From the human T2T-CHM13v2.0 reference genome, Homo sapiens: a DNA stretch of 64,000 nucleotides. The first letter of the stretch is position 1. The number at the start of each line of letters is the position of its first letter. The translations under genes and the position numbers were made by a program. Below are positions 1-24,956 of the stretch, in pieces. The DNA lies in NCBI RefSeq assembly GCF_009914755.1, contig NC_060925.1; one strand, given 5' to 3'. The notes under the pieces are model-generated. The model worked only from the letters and a program-made list of their open reading frames with translations, had not been told where the DNA came from and did no database searches.

Positions 1-2736
1 TAAGTCTGGAGTGCAGTGGTGGTGATCTTGGCTCACTGCAACCTCTGCCTCCTGGGTTCAAGTGATCTTCCCCCTCAGCCTCCTGAGTAGCTGTGACTAC
101 AGGTACATGCCACCACACCCAACTAAGTTTTTGTATTTTTCGTAGAGACGGAGTTTCTCCATGTTGCCCAGGCTGGTCTTGAACTTCCTGAGTTCAAGCA
201 ATCCACCCCCTTGGCCTCCAAAAGTGCTGGGATTACAGGCATGAGGTACCGCACCCAGGCATAAATTAATTCTTTATGAAACCTTCTCTTAATGAAACAA
301 GGAGCATATATATACACAGAATTACATCTCAAAACCCCCCCAAAATTTATATATGTCCACAGCAAGAGCCAGTTAGCATGGAAACACACCAATAGCCAAC
401 TTTCTCCTCCTGTCCTACGTTGATTAATAATATCAGCCCATCACATAGCCTATTTCAACTTTACTATTAGCAGCACAGGATTCCATATACACTAAAGACA
501 ACTCAAGGTGCCCATGAACTATCAGTTGCCTTAAAATGTAATAACCTATTTGACGACTGGACTTCCCACATCTATGCTACCACACCCTTGACCCAAATCA
601 ATACAAATACTTACAGCCACTGTCACATTCCTTCCTTTCACACAGAGGCTTCATTCAGGCCCATAAACCGTTTCCTTATATGTAAGCTTCAGCAGAAAAC
701 TTTTCCTACCAACTGAGTGAAGACCTGATCTCAAGTTCTACTGTATACTTGTTAAAAATAGCAGTTGATTCAAAACTTCCTGAGGCAGGGATCATCCTTC
801 CTTGAGCTTTGTCTGTGTGGCCTTGATTAACAGGCAGGAAAATATCTTAGCCCAGCTCTGTCAGTATAGCTGACCAAAACTGTTATATACAGAAAGCACA
901 CAAAAGTGTTATTCTTGGCAGAGCAACTGCTAACTAAGAATTCCATCAACTTTTATTTAAACCATTCCTACATACAAATTTCTGGGAAAACCAGCTTTGC
1001 CAGCAAATAAACTTTGGTGATAGTCTGACGCAAAAAAAAAAATCCAAAAAACTTTAAGAAATTAAGCTCATGTGGATGAAAAAAAATAACTATACCCAAA
1101 GCCCAAAGCACCAAAACTGTTGCACAGAACTCTTGATAAAAAACTAATGCATACAATTTAAAGATCTAATCTGCTACTGTTGATTATTAAAACTGAAAAT
1201 TCTTTTCTTGCTTCTGGTATTTATAAGGAATTCCTAGGATTTTAGGGTGTCTTTGAGACTCAGGTTTTCTTCACTATAGACAAGACAGGACTTTTTTCTC
1301 CAGCTCCTGGGAAGTCCCTAGAGGTTTTTGGTGGTCCTGGTTAACCCTTTCTTTATTTTTCTCTGGTTAATGTGTCTTAAGTGTGAATGGCTCAAATTGA
1401 GAAAAAAAAATGAAAATTGTCAGGGCTAAAAAAAAATTTTAACTTGAAAATTACTAGCAACATGGCTGGGTGTGGTGGCTCATACTTGTCATCCCAGGAC
1501 TTTAGGATGCTGAGGCAGGAGCATCACTTGAGGCCAGGAGTTTGCGACCAGCCTGGGCAATATAGTGAGACTTCATCTCTACTAAATAAATAAATAAATA
1601 AATAAAATTAGCTGTGCATGGTGGCATGTACCTGTAGTCCCAGCTACAAGCTGGGAGGCTGAGGCAGGAGGACTGCTTGAGCCCAGATGTTGGAAGCTGC
1701 AGTAAGTTATGATCACAGCATTGCAATTTAGCCTGGGTGATGGAGCGAGACCCCAACTCAAAAAAAAAAAAAAAAAGGTAAAAGTCAAATGACTGGCAAC
1801 AAATGGCTAAATCTACGGAATTCACACACAAATATAAATGATGTGTACTGATGGTGTTTCAGTTGAACAGAGTAGCACAGCAGGGTAAGACTCTCCTAAA
1901 ATATGTAGGTATTTTCTTTCTCCTAAATGTATGCTTTAATACATGATAGCTTTCGAAAAATGAACTATTTCAAAAATAAAAGCACTTTAATGAATTTTAA
2001 CTAGATCTATGACTGTTACTGATAACACAGAAAATCTTTCTTAGAGCTGATTTCACAGTCCCAATTTTTGCCAAATTAACTTATACCCTTTATAATGTGG
2101 CTTGCGTGTTCTCACATACAGGTTGTGATTTTGTCCCGTGTAAAAATAAGAGTTGCTCACTTCAGTTATTTTCTTACAGGAACCTCACATCTGTCCCTTT
2201 AACCTAATTATATTCTGAGCCACCTTGCTCCTCAGCGCCTCCTCTCCCATGGCTCTCCTAGCCTGCAAGATCTTATTCATCCCATTCCTCATCTTCCCAG
2301 TTTCTTGCCTTAACCTCCATTATTGGTAGACATCCTAACTCCTAAGTGCTGGCCCAACTTTCAAATCCTAGATCTCTCCCAAGATTTATCTTTTGAAAAC
2401 TTCCTAAAGCCAACTTATTTGTATACTTGTCCTAGAGACTGCTTTCTCAAGCTTGCTTTAACAGTTCTAACAGAAACAGAGGTTGAGAAAATCTAACAGT
2501 TTCAACAATTTTAAAAATCATTTTGTCTTTTCTTTTAACAGCAGGAAATGAGTCAGAGACTTTTCCAGCTATTAAAAACTATTGAAGTCAGGTAGGATTC
2601 ACAAAAAGAGAAGGTAGAGCACACATAACCACAATGGACAATCTCAACAAAAGAAACAACAGCGGTCATTCAGTTCCTCACCTGAACAATAGAAGTATAA
2701 ACATAAAAACTCAAGCATGACTTTTTTCTTTTATGA

Positions 2737-2841
<105 letters not shown>

Positions 2842-2884
2842 TGAGTAGCTGGGATTACAGGTGCCCATCACCACACCCAGCTAG

Positions 2885-3061
<177 letters not shown>

Positions 3062-3591
3062 TGACTCTTAATCATGTCCCTTTCTTTTTATTTTCTATTG
3101 CTCTTCTGTGTATTTATTTTCATCCAAGAAATATACCAACTGTAGTTTATCAGCTTAAAATATAATTTATAACATAACCTATCATATATAGAATTCTGTG
3201 TTTTTAACATATTAAGAGAAACCAATCTGAATTCACTCCAGTAAATTAAATTCTCTTTGGGAAAGAGGATACTGATGTTCTATTTTACCAATTCAAGTCT
3301 TGGATAGGGCAAGTTTCTCACTCCAAATCTTTTAAAATATTTTATTTGATTAGATATAAGCATCTGGAAAAATAACTTGGAAGAATTTGGAACATTCTAA
3401 AACCTGATTTACAAAATAATGAAGGGGTACACTGTAAAAATAGTGAATTTTACCTTAATTAAAAAGAAAACTGGCTGGGCGTGGTGGCTCACGCCTGTAA
3501 TCCCAGCACTTTGGGAGGCTGAGGCGGGCGGATCATGAGGTCAAGAGATTGAGACCATCCTGGCCAACACAGTGAAACCCCATCTCTACTA

Positions 3592-12737
<9,146 letters not shown>

Positions 12738-12872
12738 GGCCAGGCGCGGTGGCTCATGCTTGTAATCTCAGCACTTCGGGAGGCTGAGGCCGGTAGATCA
12801 CGAGGTCAGGAGTTTGAGACCAGCCTGGCCAACATGGTGAAACCCCACCTCTACTAAAAATACAAAAAATTA

Positions 12873-13071
<199 letters not shown>

Positions 13072-14794
13072 TTAATTTTCTATTTGGTTCTTTTTTTCTT
13101 CATATTCCAACTGTATTTTGAAATATTCCATCTCTTCATCCATTATATTAATTTTTTTTTTTTTTGAGATGGAGTTTTGCTCTTGTTGCCCAGGCTGGAG
13201 TGCAATGGCTTGATCTCGGCTCACTGCAACTTCGGCCTCCTGGTTCAAGCAATCTGAAGTGCTGAAATTACAGGCATGAACTACCTGGCCACCACTGCCT
13301 TTTTAATTCTATCAATATTAAGCTGGAAAGAGCATGGCTGCAGTTTCACATAGTTTTGGTTCACCTCTGTAATCAACTCTGGCAGGGCATTACTGCATAA
13401 TATGTGGGACTGCATAATATGTGGGACTACACAATTTCTTTGTATCTCTCCTGTCCTCCTTCAATGCTGCTTTTGTAGCAAAAGCTGGGAGAAAGAGGAC
13501 ACAGCAGATAATTCCTGGGCTAAATGGTTTGTTTTTCCATTTGAGATTCTTCCAGATTCCAATCTACATTTCAATTTCAACGATTTACACCATTAACTAA
13601 GGCTTGTCTGATTTTCCCTTGGCTCCATAAAGTCTTACCATCTATGTCAGAGCTACTTAAATCCAGATCATGTGCTTGTCCCAGGTGTAAAAGTTCCTGT
13701 GGCCCTCTGCTCATTTATGAGAGGCTATTTTTACTTTGAAAATCAGTTCATGAAAGTTTATTTGCATCCACTGCTAGTCACTAGCCCGAGAGAAATATAT
13801 GATTTTTATTTTGTCTAGACTGTTCTTGTTACTATCAGAGCAAAGGTATTTTTATGTCCTTCTACATCCTAAATGGAAGTCTTGAAATAATCAATGAAAT
13901 AAGATAGTGTAGAATAGAATACATCAGAGTACACTGCATGTAAGTATTGCTTCAGAAATGTTTGTTTCAGAGGTGTGTGCATGTGTGTGTGACCATGGTG
14001 AGGTATGGTCAGAAACTTGTGGAAAGCGTCTGTTCTAGAGACATTAAGGTCCACTTCAGTGCTAAGCAGGAGTTCAGAGAAAAGATGCAAGGACACGAAT
14101 CTTTAAAGAAAATAGTCTACAGCTAGATCAACTTCATGCACTGAAACTGTTCGGAAACCCGAAGGCTTTTACACATCAACACAGAACAAAGTCAGTCTCT
14201 GGAAAAATACACAAAAACATAAATTTTTTTTAAGTTTTATCACAATTTAACACAAAACACAATTTTAACATAATAAATAACTGCTGTTAAAGAGTAAAAC
14301 ACATGCAGATATTTTAATAACAAACAGCCTTTGATTTTTTAATTAAAGCTATTTAATAGTTTGAGTGCCTGTGTACTAGTCTCAATTTGTCTCAATTTAT
14401 TGCTTACTGATTGCTATTATTAGCTTGACAATGCACAGAAATTCTGAAGAGAGAATATGTTCCTGTTATGTTTGGCTTCCTTAAAAAAAAATCTTTCTAA
14501 AATCTGTTTTTTAGAGAGCAGGAAAGAGATAAGAAGATTCTCTGAAGGTAGGAAAGCCATTCCTAGGTGAACAGAATAAATCACTTTGGCCGGGCATGGT
14601 AGCTCATGCCTGTAATCCCAGTACCTGTTGGGAGGTCAAGGTGGGAGAACTGCTTGAGCCCAAGAGACCAGCCTGGGCAACATAGCGAGATCCTTTCTCA
14701 AAAAAAAAAAAAAAAGAAAAGAAAAAGAAAAAAAATCGCTTTGAACTCAGCAATTAGAGGCAATACTAACATAATGGCAAAACAAATATATAGC

Positions 14795-15213
14795 TGATAC
14801 AGTTTGGATATTTGTCCCCTCCAAATCTCATGCTGAAATCTGATCTCCAATGTTGGAAGTGGGGTTGAGTGGGAGGTGTTTGTGTCACAGGGATGGATCC
14901 CTCATGAATGGCTAACTGCCCTCCCTAAGGTAACAAGTGAGTTCTTGCTCTATTAGTTAACACAACAGCTGGTTATTTGAAAGATCCTGGCACCTCCTCT
15001 CAACTCTCTTGCTCCCTCTCTTGCCATGTGACACGTCTCCTCCCCCTTCACTTTCCACCATGATTGTAACCTTCCTGAGGCCTCACCAGAAGAAGATGCT
15101 AGGGTCATGCTTCTTGTCCAGCCTGAAGAACCATAAGCCAAATAAACCTCTTTTCTTTATAAATTACCCAGCCTCAGGTAATCCTTTATAGCAACGCACA
15201 ATGGACAAATACA
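14795..15213 (+). mobile_element. MaLR solo LTR (MSTB-like)
   Basis: TG...CA termini, tgatacagtttggatatttgtcccctccaaatctcatgctgaa start, internal AATAAA, 5-bp TSD ATAGC/ATAGT. Confidence 0.85.
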
Positions 15214-17569
15214 ATAGTCAACAAATACTTATGAAACAATTGGGAAAAGCCAACTGCACAGTTTTAAACCTATTTTAAAATGTCGTAGGTACACAAAACT
15301 TGTGTTTTTATGATGCATACAAAAATAAGATCATAATTTTGCCACTAAACTAGTTTCCGGTATATATCATATATATACACACATATATGTATATATATAT
15401 TTTTTTTTGAGATGGAGTCTTGCTCTGTCACCTTGGCTGGAGTGAAGTGGCACAATCTCAGCACACTGCAACCTCTGCCTCCCGGTTCAAGTGGTTCTCC
15501 TACCTTAGCCTCCCAAGTAGCTGGGATTACAGGCATATGCCACCACGCCCAGCTAATTTTTGTATTTTTGGTAGAGACGGGTTTCACCCTGTTGGGCCGG
15601 CTGGTCTCAAACTCCTGGTCTCAAGTGATCCGTCCGCCTCGGCCTCCCAAAGTGCTAGGATTACAGGTGTGAGCCACCGCGCCCAGCTAATAAAATTAAG
15701 CAGGTAAATATTTCATGGTGTGCAAGAGATAAGATAAAGTCTATACTCCTTAATATGACATATAAGGTCTTTCACCCTCTAATTCAAGCTCTGACTCTTG
15801 CCACTTGCCTTACTCACCAGCTACATATTTTCCAATAATGCCAAATAATCTGGAACTATTAGCAGTCCAAAGTTAGAATGTTCGAGTTAGAATTCAAACA
15901 CTAACATAGATTTGGTTCTTGGTTGTAAATCATTAGTCCAATTAACCCTTCTAAGCTTGTTTTCTTATCTGTAGAATGATCACAATGTTTACAGATAATA
16001 CTTACTGAGCACTTAATATGAGCCAGGCATAGCTCTACTAACTTTAACCATATTAACTCACCTAATTCTTGTAACAACCCCATGAGGTAGATACTACTGT
16101 TAATCTCATTTTACAGATAAGGCAATGAGGCACCAAGAGGTTAAGTAACAAATACATGTCTTAGCATCCTTTGGCACAACAGATACAGATATTTATTTTA
16201 TAAGGTTGTGAGGATTAAATATCAGATAAAGTAAATAAAATGTTTAAGACAGTGACTGGAATACAGTAACTGCTCAATAAATGACAGGTACTATAAATTT
16301 CTCTCTGAATACACCATGTACTTTCAAGATCAGTTGAAAGTTTTTCCGTGAAAGCTTCCTTAGCCCTTTCCCCAGAGTTAATCACTCCTTTTGTGTGCTT
16401 CTATTACACCTATTTGCATATTGTTATACTTTTACAATTCTGAATTTGCCTTATAGCAAATACCTGTGTATGTCTTTGCCATGACCTCAAGACTCTTAAC
16501 ACTCATTCTTGCTGGAGACACTTAGAAAAAGAGGAAAGTCAGGGATAAGACTGAAGGGGAGGTAGTATGAATAGTGACAAGTAAATGCTTCTGCAATGCT
16601 GTCTTAGAAGACTTAAAGTAAACCTCAATCTCAGAATGTCACTCCTGAACTTGTTACAGCAGAGGATGCTAAGGCTTGTGTCAGGGAAAAAAATGAACAA
16701 CATAAATTCTGCTCAGGAAGTTGGGTGGGAACTTGCACTGTTCGCATTATTTGGTTTTTCAAATTTCTATTACATTAACACATTATTTAATCGAAAGCCT
16801 CAATACATTTTTAATAAAGCCCACAGGAATATATCTTGCATAAGATTCTTCATTAAATGTGGCTAAAAATATTTTAAAACAAATAATAAAGGACCAGACT
16901 AATAGGGAAAAAAAGTGTCAAACAGGCTTCTACTTTTCAAACCTCTATCATCTTGTTGACTGTTCCTTGAATAACAAATCTTCAAAGCAAGCACATACAG
17001 GATACCAGCCTTTTATCTCACTCCTATCAGAGGAAACAGCCTTATAAGTAACTAAAAATGGTTCCCAAAATAACAAAGAAACTTTAAATAAACTCCTAAT
17101 ATTGCTTATAACACATAATATAAATTTCTCAAGCCATTACTGTGCCTATTAGTAAATCAAGAAATATGTAAGAATCTTTAAAAAATAAATTTAATTCTTT
17201 AACAGTTCCATCAAGTCTGTTGAGATATTTGTCATGGAAATTTTTTCAGGTTTTTTAAAATGAAAGAATGAAAAATGATAGCTGACATAATGCAGATTAT
17301 ATTCAGAATTTTGAGGCATAAGCCAAAGACTTAGAATAATGCTAATTTCATGATTGTGTTACATGGTTGGTTATCCGCACTATTCATAAAACCTTCCAAA
17401 TGACTACAATTCCTTTTCTTTGCTGTTTACTGATTGTAACGGGTACTACTGGAGGGTTTATTTGCCACAGCTACATGACCCTAGGTGTTATCCCCATAAC
17501 TAATCCAATGGTAATTCCTGTTAACTCCACCTTTAAAACAAATCAAATTCCCACCACTTATCATCTTTA

Positions 17570-17870
17570 CTGCTAACACACCAAACCAGGCCACCATCAC
17601 TTCTTCCTCTCTCATTTTCTATTTCTAGTCAATTTTCACCTTCTGTGTTCATTCTATCTAAAATAAAGCTCCTTTTCCAACATGATTTTCTATGTCTTCA
17701 CTCTGCTATATTTTCTCCATAGAACTTATCATTTATCTGAAATTGTGTTATTTATTTGTTTACTTCTCTCCCTCACTGGAATATAAGCTTTTTTACTACT
17801 GTATCCCCAGCACCCAGAAGAGTATGCACCATACAGTAATCCCTCAGTAAGTATTTGTTGAATGAATGAC
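17570..17870 (+). mobile_element. L2 3' end
   Basis: actgtatccccagcacccagaagagt...agtaagtatttgttgaatgaatga terminus. Confidence 0.65.
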
Positions 17871-18616
17871 AAAATCCTAAATATAAGAATGCTTAAAAGG
17901 AAAAGGCTTACGAAAAATCTGCAGTGCCTATTACTTTAAGTGCCTCCAATGATTTGAAGCTGCCCCATTTGTAGAATGGGGAAGCTTCTTAGAATAGTTT
18001 AAGAATACGAGTAACACCAAAATAACTTATTTAAATAATTCACACCACAATAAGAATGTTTTTTGTATATTTACTATTTGCCAAGCACTACATGCATAAT
18101 CTCATTCTATCCTCATAACAATCCTTAGAGGAAGATATCTTCATTTTCTAGATGAGGAAACTGAGGTTTAGCAAGTTTAGATGGCTTTCTAAGGTCATAT
18201 ACGTTGTTACAATTTGAAAAGCATAATTTAATAGCACATAACATACTACCTTCAGGATAGAAAGACATTTTGAGAAGGGGCAATATCTAAGTCAGGGGTC
18301 TCCAATGAAGAAAATAATTGATTTATATGTATTTATTTATAAATTGTAAACATAAAACTATAATAATATCATGAACATTATAAAGCATACTGAAACTAAA
18401 AATTTAAAGGCATGAGATTTAAAAAATCATTTTACTAGTTTAAATTAGTAAAAATTAAATATGTAAAAGGAGGGTATAGTAACCATTTCATTCTCACTGA
18501 AGTTTAACTACAAATATTTTGAGTAAGAGCAATGTGATTAAACGTGGTTTTTTTTGATACAGTGATTCAAAGATTTAGTCCAAAACTCAGTTTATTTCAA
18601 TACTTGGTTCTAAGGG

Positions 18617-19006
18617 TGTTATAGATCGAACCGTGTCCCCTGAAAATTCATATGTTGAAGTCCTAACCCCCAGCACCTCAGAATATGACTGGATTTGGAG
18701 ATCAGGTCTCTTGAGAGGTAATTAAGTTAAAATGAGGTCAGTAGGGTGGGCCTTAATCCAATGACTGGTGTACTTCGAAAAAAAGAGGAAACCTAGACAC
18801 AGACAGACAGAGGGGAGACCATGTGAAGACACAGGGAGAAGACTGCTATCTACGAGCCAAGGAAACAGGCCTCACAAGAAACTTACCCTGTTGGCACCTT
18901 GATGTTAGATTTCTACAGCCTCCAGACTTGTGAGAATATCAATCTCTGGCGTTTGAACCACTCAATCTGCGGTATTTGGTTATGGTAGACCTAGCAAACT
19001 AATACA
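18617..19006 (+). mobile_element. MaLR solo LTR (MLT1B-like)
   Basis: TGTTATAG...gtgtcccctgaaaattcatatgttgaagtcctaacccccagcacctcagaat...ctagcaaactaatACA termini. Confidence 0.85.
18887..18998 (-). other. DENND2C: Non-coding 5'-UTR exon (112 nt) inside an MLT1 LTR
   Basis: Acceptor cttttgtattag|TTTG (AG 19000-18999) and donor CAGG|GTAAGT (18886-18881); length agrees with my recollection of DENND2C exon 3. Confidence 0.7.
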
Positions 19007-21196
19007 AAAGGCCACAGTAATAGAAAAAGATAACTCACCACAAATACATGGAAAACAATGAAAGAAGAGCTTCACTGACTGAATCAGAATACTTATTTGT
19101 CAATTCTATTCACCTTAAATTAAGCAAGGATTTTTGTTGAAATTTGACTAGTAAATTTTCATCTTCTCTAATGTTTATCATCTGTACTTTCAAACTAACT
19201 GAACATTTAAAAATTTTTAACAAACTGATTCAAAATCTAAGTGTGTAGATAGGAGAGCTTTACAGATAACACATTCTTTGTTTTGGGCAACATTAAGTAA
19301 TAATTGATATATTATGAAATATCAAATTTTGTCTGCAAATCATGTTTCTTTAGAAAAACAATTTCTCATTCTTTTTTTTTTTTGAGACAGAGTCTCGCTC
19401 TGTCGCCCAGGCTGGAGTGCAGTGGCGCCGTTTTGGCTCACTGCAAGCTCTGCCTCCCGGGTTCACGCCATTCTCCTGCCTCAGCCTCCTGAATAGCTGG
19501 GACTACAGGCGCCCGCCACCACACCCGGCTAATTTTTTTGTATTTTTAGTAGAGACGGGGTTTCACCATGTTAGCCAGGATGGTCTCGATCTCCTGACCT
19601 TGTGATCCGCCTGCCTCAGCCTCCCAAAGTGCTGGGATTACAGGTGTGAGCCACTGCGCCCGGCCTGTTATTCATTGTTAAAACATCATGTTTACCTCGT
19701 AGGGACACACTGAACATGTTTAAGAGAATTTTTTGCTGACAACCACTTGTCATTACAGAAAATCAACAATTTTAGAACACTTTTCTTTGGAAAAGGAAAA
19801 TGGTGTGACATTTTAAGTTTTGCAACTTTAAAAAATACTTTTCCATAACGTAATCAAAAAACTAGTGTGCGATATATTTTCATGACTGTGACACTTCTCA
19901 TTTTCAAAGGATTATAATGATTCTATTATTTAAGATATAATCTGTAAATCCACCTACTTGGACACATATGAACTGCTCTATGTTGCAACAGCTAAAAGTG
20001 CACAAACAAGTGAGGATGTCACCGCCAACTCCGTTTTGTTTGAGGGAATGTCTACTCTTCCCTTGGGGATCATTCCTTATATAAAGTCTGATCCAGAGAA
20101 AGCACCAGTGTCAAACTGTATATTAAATATTTAGAAAAGCTTAATTTATTTTTAGATGAAAATGAATACAAGTAGCATTTCTAATGCTTTTTTCACATCC
20201 TAATGTACCATCTTGTGTACCTCTGGTAGATCATGAGTCCATAATAAGGTATTCTGACTTACACATGCATTAGCTTTAATGTTCACCATTTCACCTAGGT
20301 AAACAGAGAATATTTAGGGCAGGCACGGTAGCTCATGCCTGTAATCCCAGCACTTTGGGAGGCTGAGGTGGGAGGATCACCTGAGGTCGGGAGTTTGAGA
20401 CCAGCCTGGCCAACATGGCGAAACCCTGTCTCTACTAAAAATACAAAAATAAGCTGGACGTGGTGGTGCATGCCTGTAATCCCAGCTACTCAGGGGGCTG
20501 ACGCAGGAGAACTGCTTCAACCCTGGAGGCACACAGGTTGCAGTGGGCCAAGATTGCACCACTGAACTCCAGCCTGGGCAAAAGAGTGAGATTCTATCTT
20601 AAAAAAAAAAAAAGAGAGAGAGAGAGAGAGAATATTCAGGGGTCTGCTAAAATAACCAGGTGGCCAAAAGTTGTATGAATATATAATGTAAACAACCCTT
20701 TCCTTTGTTTACTCAGAAGAAGGAAGAATTATTTCTTTTTTAATTTTTATTTTTAACTGATCAATTCCAATTGTGTATGTTTATGGAGTACAATGTGATT
20801 TTTTTTTTTTTTAGACAGAGTCTTGCTCTGTCACCGAGGCTGGGTGCGTGATCTCGACTCCCTGCAACCTCTGCCTCTCGGGTTCAATAATCCACTATTG
20901 TACAACCTGGTGACAATAGTCTCTAATATTCTCCTGGTTTCTCAAGCCATTTAGTTGGCTTCTAAATCACTTCTTTATACCATTAGGTAATGTTTGTGAA
21001 AGGAATGCACTGCCAAGTCTGGCTAATTTTTGTATTTTTAGTAGAGACGGGGTTTTGCCATGTTGGCCAGGCTGGTCTGTGACCCCTAACCTCAAGTGAT
21101 TCGCCTGCCTCAGCCTCCCAAAGTGCTGAGATTACAGATGTGAGCCACTACGCCTGACCTGTATAGCATATATTTTAAATAATTATTACTTATTAA

Positions 21197-21577
<381 letters not shown>

Positions 21578-22412
21578 TAGTTACTATTACCTGCAATAGT
21601 AGAAAGTTTTATTATTTTGTGAATGGGGAAGCTGAAGCTGAACTGGTTAATTACCCAAACTAACACAAACCTAGTTCTACTTTACTCCAAAGTTTGTGCA
21701 CTAAACCACTGTATATTATACTACTTGTTAGTTGGTAGACATAACAATAATATAAACTAATGCAACAGGATGTCAAATGCAACTTTTCCTGTGTTCTCCG
21801 AGTTTCAGCAGGGCCTCAAAGGCCAAAACCAAAACAATAGGAGTCGAATACCCCCATATTCTAAGAAAAGTGCAAGGCTTAGAAAGTGAGGTTGCCAAAA
21901 ATTGGCTCTGCTGACATTAGTTCACTACCCTTAAGGCTGTATAAGAGAAGAATTACAATTTATTAAATTGTGAGGATTACAAGGGACAACAGAGAGGACT
22001 TCTTTAAGGAAACTAGGTGGTGTGTTTCCCTGCCTCCTACAGGGAAAGAGGGATATACCTCTTGCCTACCTCAAGACAGGGACTGAAACCTCAAGACAAC
22101 CACTCAAAGTGCTTGAGGCATATCCCCAGACTTAGGGAAGTACAGAGACACAGGGACTGGTATCTGACTCCCACCTGGTGGATAAAAAGAGCTGACATGT
22201 AGCTAAATTTTAAAGACCACTCAGGCACAACAGTCAAATGAGAAATTTCAGCAGAAGTTCTACAAAATGCCACAGTGTGGAAAATGGCACGTAAAACTAA
22301 CTTTAATAACATTAAGCTTTTAGAATTTAATTATATTAATGCAATGTTATTAACTGTCCATATAATTAAATAAAATGTCTCTTTTCACATAATTATCCTT
22401 TTTTTTTTTTGA

Positions 22413-22553
<141 letters not shown>

Positions 22554-23459
22554 TGACTAATTTTTGTATTTTTAGTAGAGACAGGGTTTCAGCATGTTGA
22601 CCAGGCTGATCTCAAACTCCTGACCTCAAGTAATCAGCCCGCCTTGGCCTCCCAAAATGCTGGGATTACAGGTGTGAGCCATTGCACCCGGCACTTTTCA
22701 CTTAATTATCCTTTTAAAAATCCCCTTCAAAGTAAAAAATAACTGTCCCAAACTAGAACTTTTCAGCTACACAAATTGCTTCAAAACAACTTTAATGTAA
22801 CCTAGTGTTTTCCTAGTGTTTTTGTTTTGTTTTGTTTTTGAGATCGGTCTCACTCTGTTGCCCAGAGGCACGGTGTGATCATAGTTTACTGCAGCCTTGA
22901 CTCCCTGGGCTCAAGCAATTCTCCTGCCTCTGCCTCCCAAGTAGCTGGGAATACAGAGCATCCCACCACATCTGGCTAATTTTTAATTTTTTTTTAAATA
23001 GAGACAGGGTCTCGCTGTGTTGCCAGGGCTGGTCTTGAACTCTTGGGCTCAATCCTCCTGCCTCAGCTTTCCAAAGTGTTGGTATTATAAATTTTGAGCC
23101 AATACGCCTGGACAATAAAACCTAGTTTTTAAACCACAAATTCAGACTTGGTAAATTCTTAGCAAGACACTGAAAAATAAAGGCAGCAAAATCATTACTA
23201 AAGTATTCAAAGGTTGAAGAAATTTTCCAAAAGCTAAAAAGAAGCAATAAAAAAAAGTTTTAAAAGTCACAAAGTAATACTACTACTTTTCAGAAATTTT
23301 GAAAATAGAGGAAACAGGAGAAAAATACCCGTAAGTCTACTACCTCCAACATGGTCACTGGGACATTTTGGTGTATCTTCTGTTTTTTAAGCACATTTTT
23401 ATACAGATGCAATTACAGTGTATACATAATTGTATCCTGCTTTTTTTCATTCAGAGTTA

Positions 23460-23836
<377 letters not shown>

Positions 23837-23883
23837 TCACGCCTGTAATCCCAGCACTTTGGGAGGCTGAGGCGGATGGATCA

Positions 23884-24143
<260 letters not shown>

Positions 24144-24299
24144 CTACAGACATAACAGGCTTTCTTAAGAAACACACATTCATAACAATTGTACAACGTA
24201 ACTTTCTATTTCATTCTAAAGCTTAAAATCCAGAAGATGTATTTCTCAAATTTTCAAATGACATTACAAAATTATATATCCTTTGCATATTTTATCTCA

Positions 24300-24551
<252 letters not shown>

Positions 24552-24598
24552 TCAAAACAAAACAAAACAAAACCAACAACAAAACATAGTAAGGGCTA

Positions 24599-24706
<108 letters not shown>

Positions 24707-24707
24707 C

Positions 24708-24715
<8 letters not shown>

Positions 24716-24746
<31 letters not shown>
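24716..24746. repeat. (CA)n replacing the A-rich linker of an Alu
   Basis: Direct reading, between the two arms of Alu 24594-24915. Confidence 0.85.
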
Positions 24747-24748
<2 letters not shown>

Positions 24749-24785
24749 CAAGTATGAAACATGTGCCTGTAGTCCCAGATACTCA

Positions 24786-24956
<171 letters not shown>

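Larger units (their letters stand above)
18293..20240 (-). mobile_element. hAT-Charlie DNA transposon remnant with transposase C-terminus
   Basis: caggggtctcc end; minus strand gives decayed NIREDENLLVKFQQKSL, MYL..ELSFS and TKY*NKL hAT dimerisation-domain motifs; hosts the MLT1 LTR and an AluY. Confidence 0.6.

Noticed and set aside
13392-13428. 17-bp tandem duplication (similar ones near 14379, 23777 and 60898)
   Set aside because: Ordinary slippage-type micro-duplications with only two units; not a repeat-spacer array
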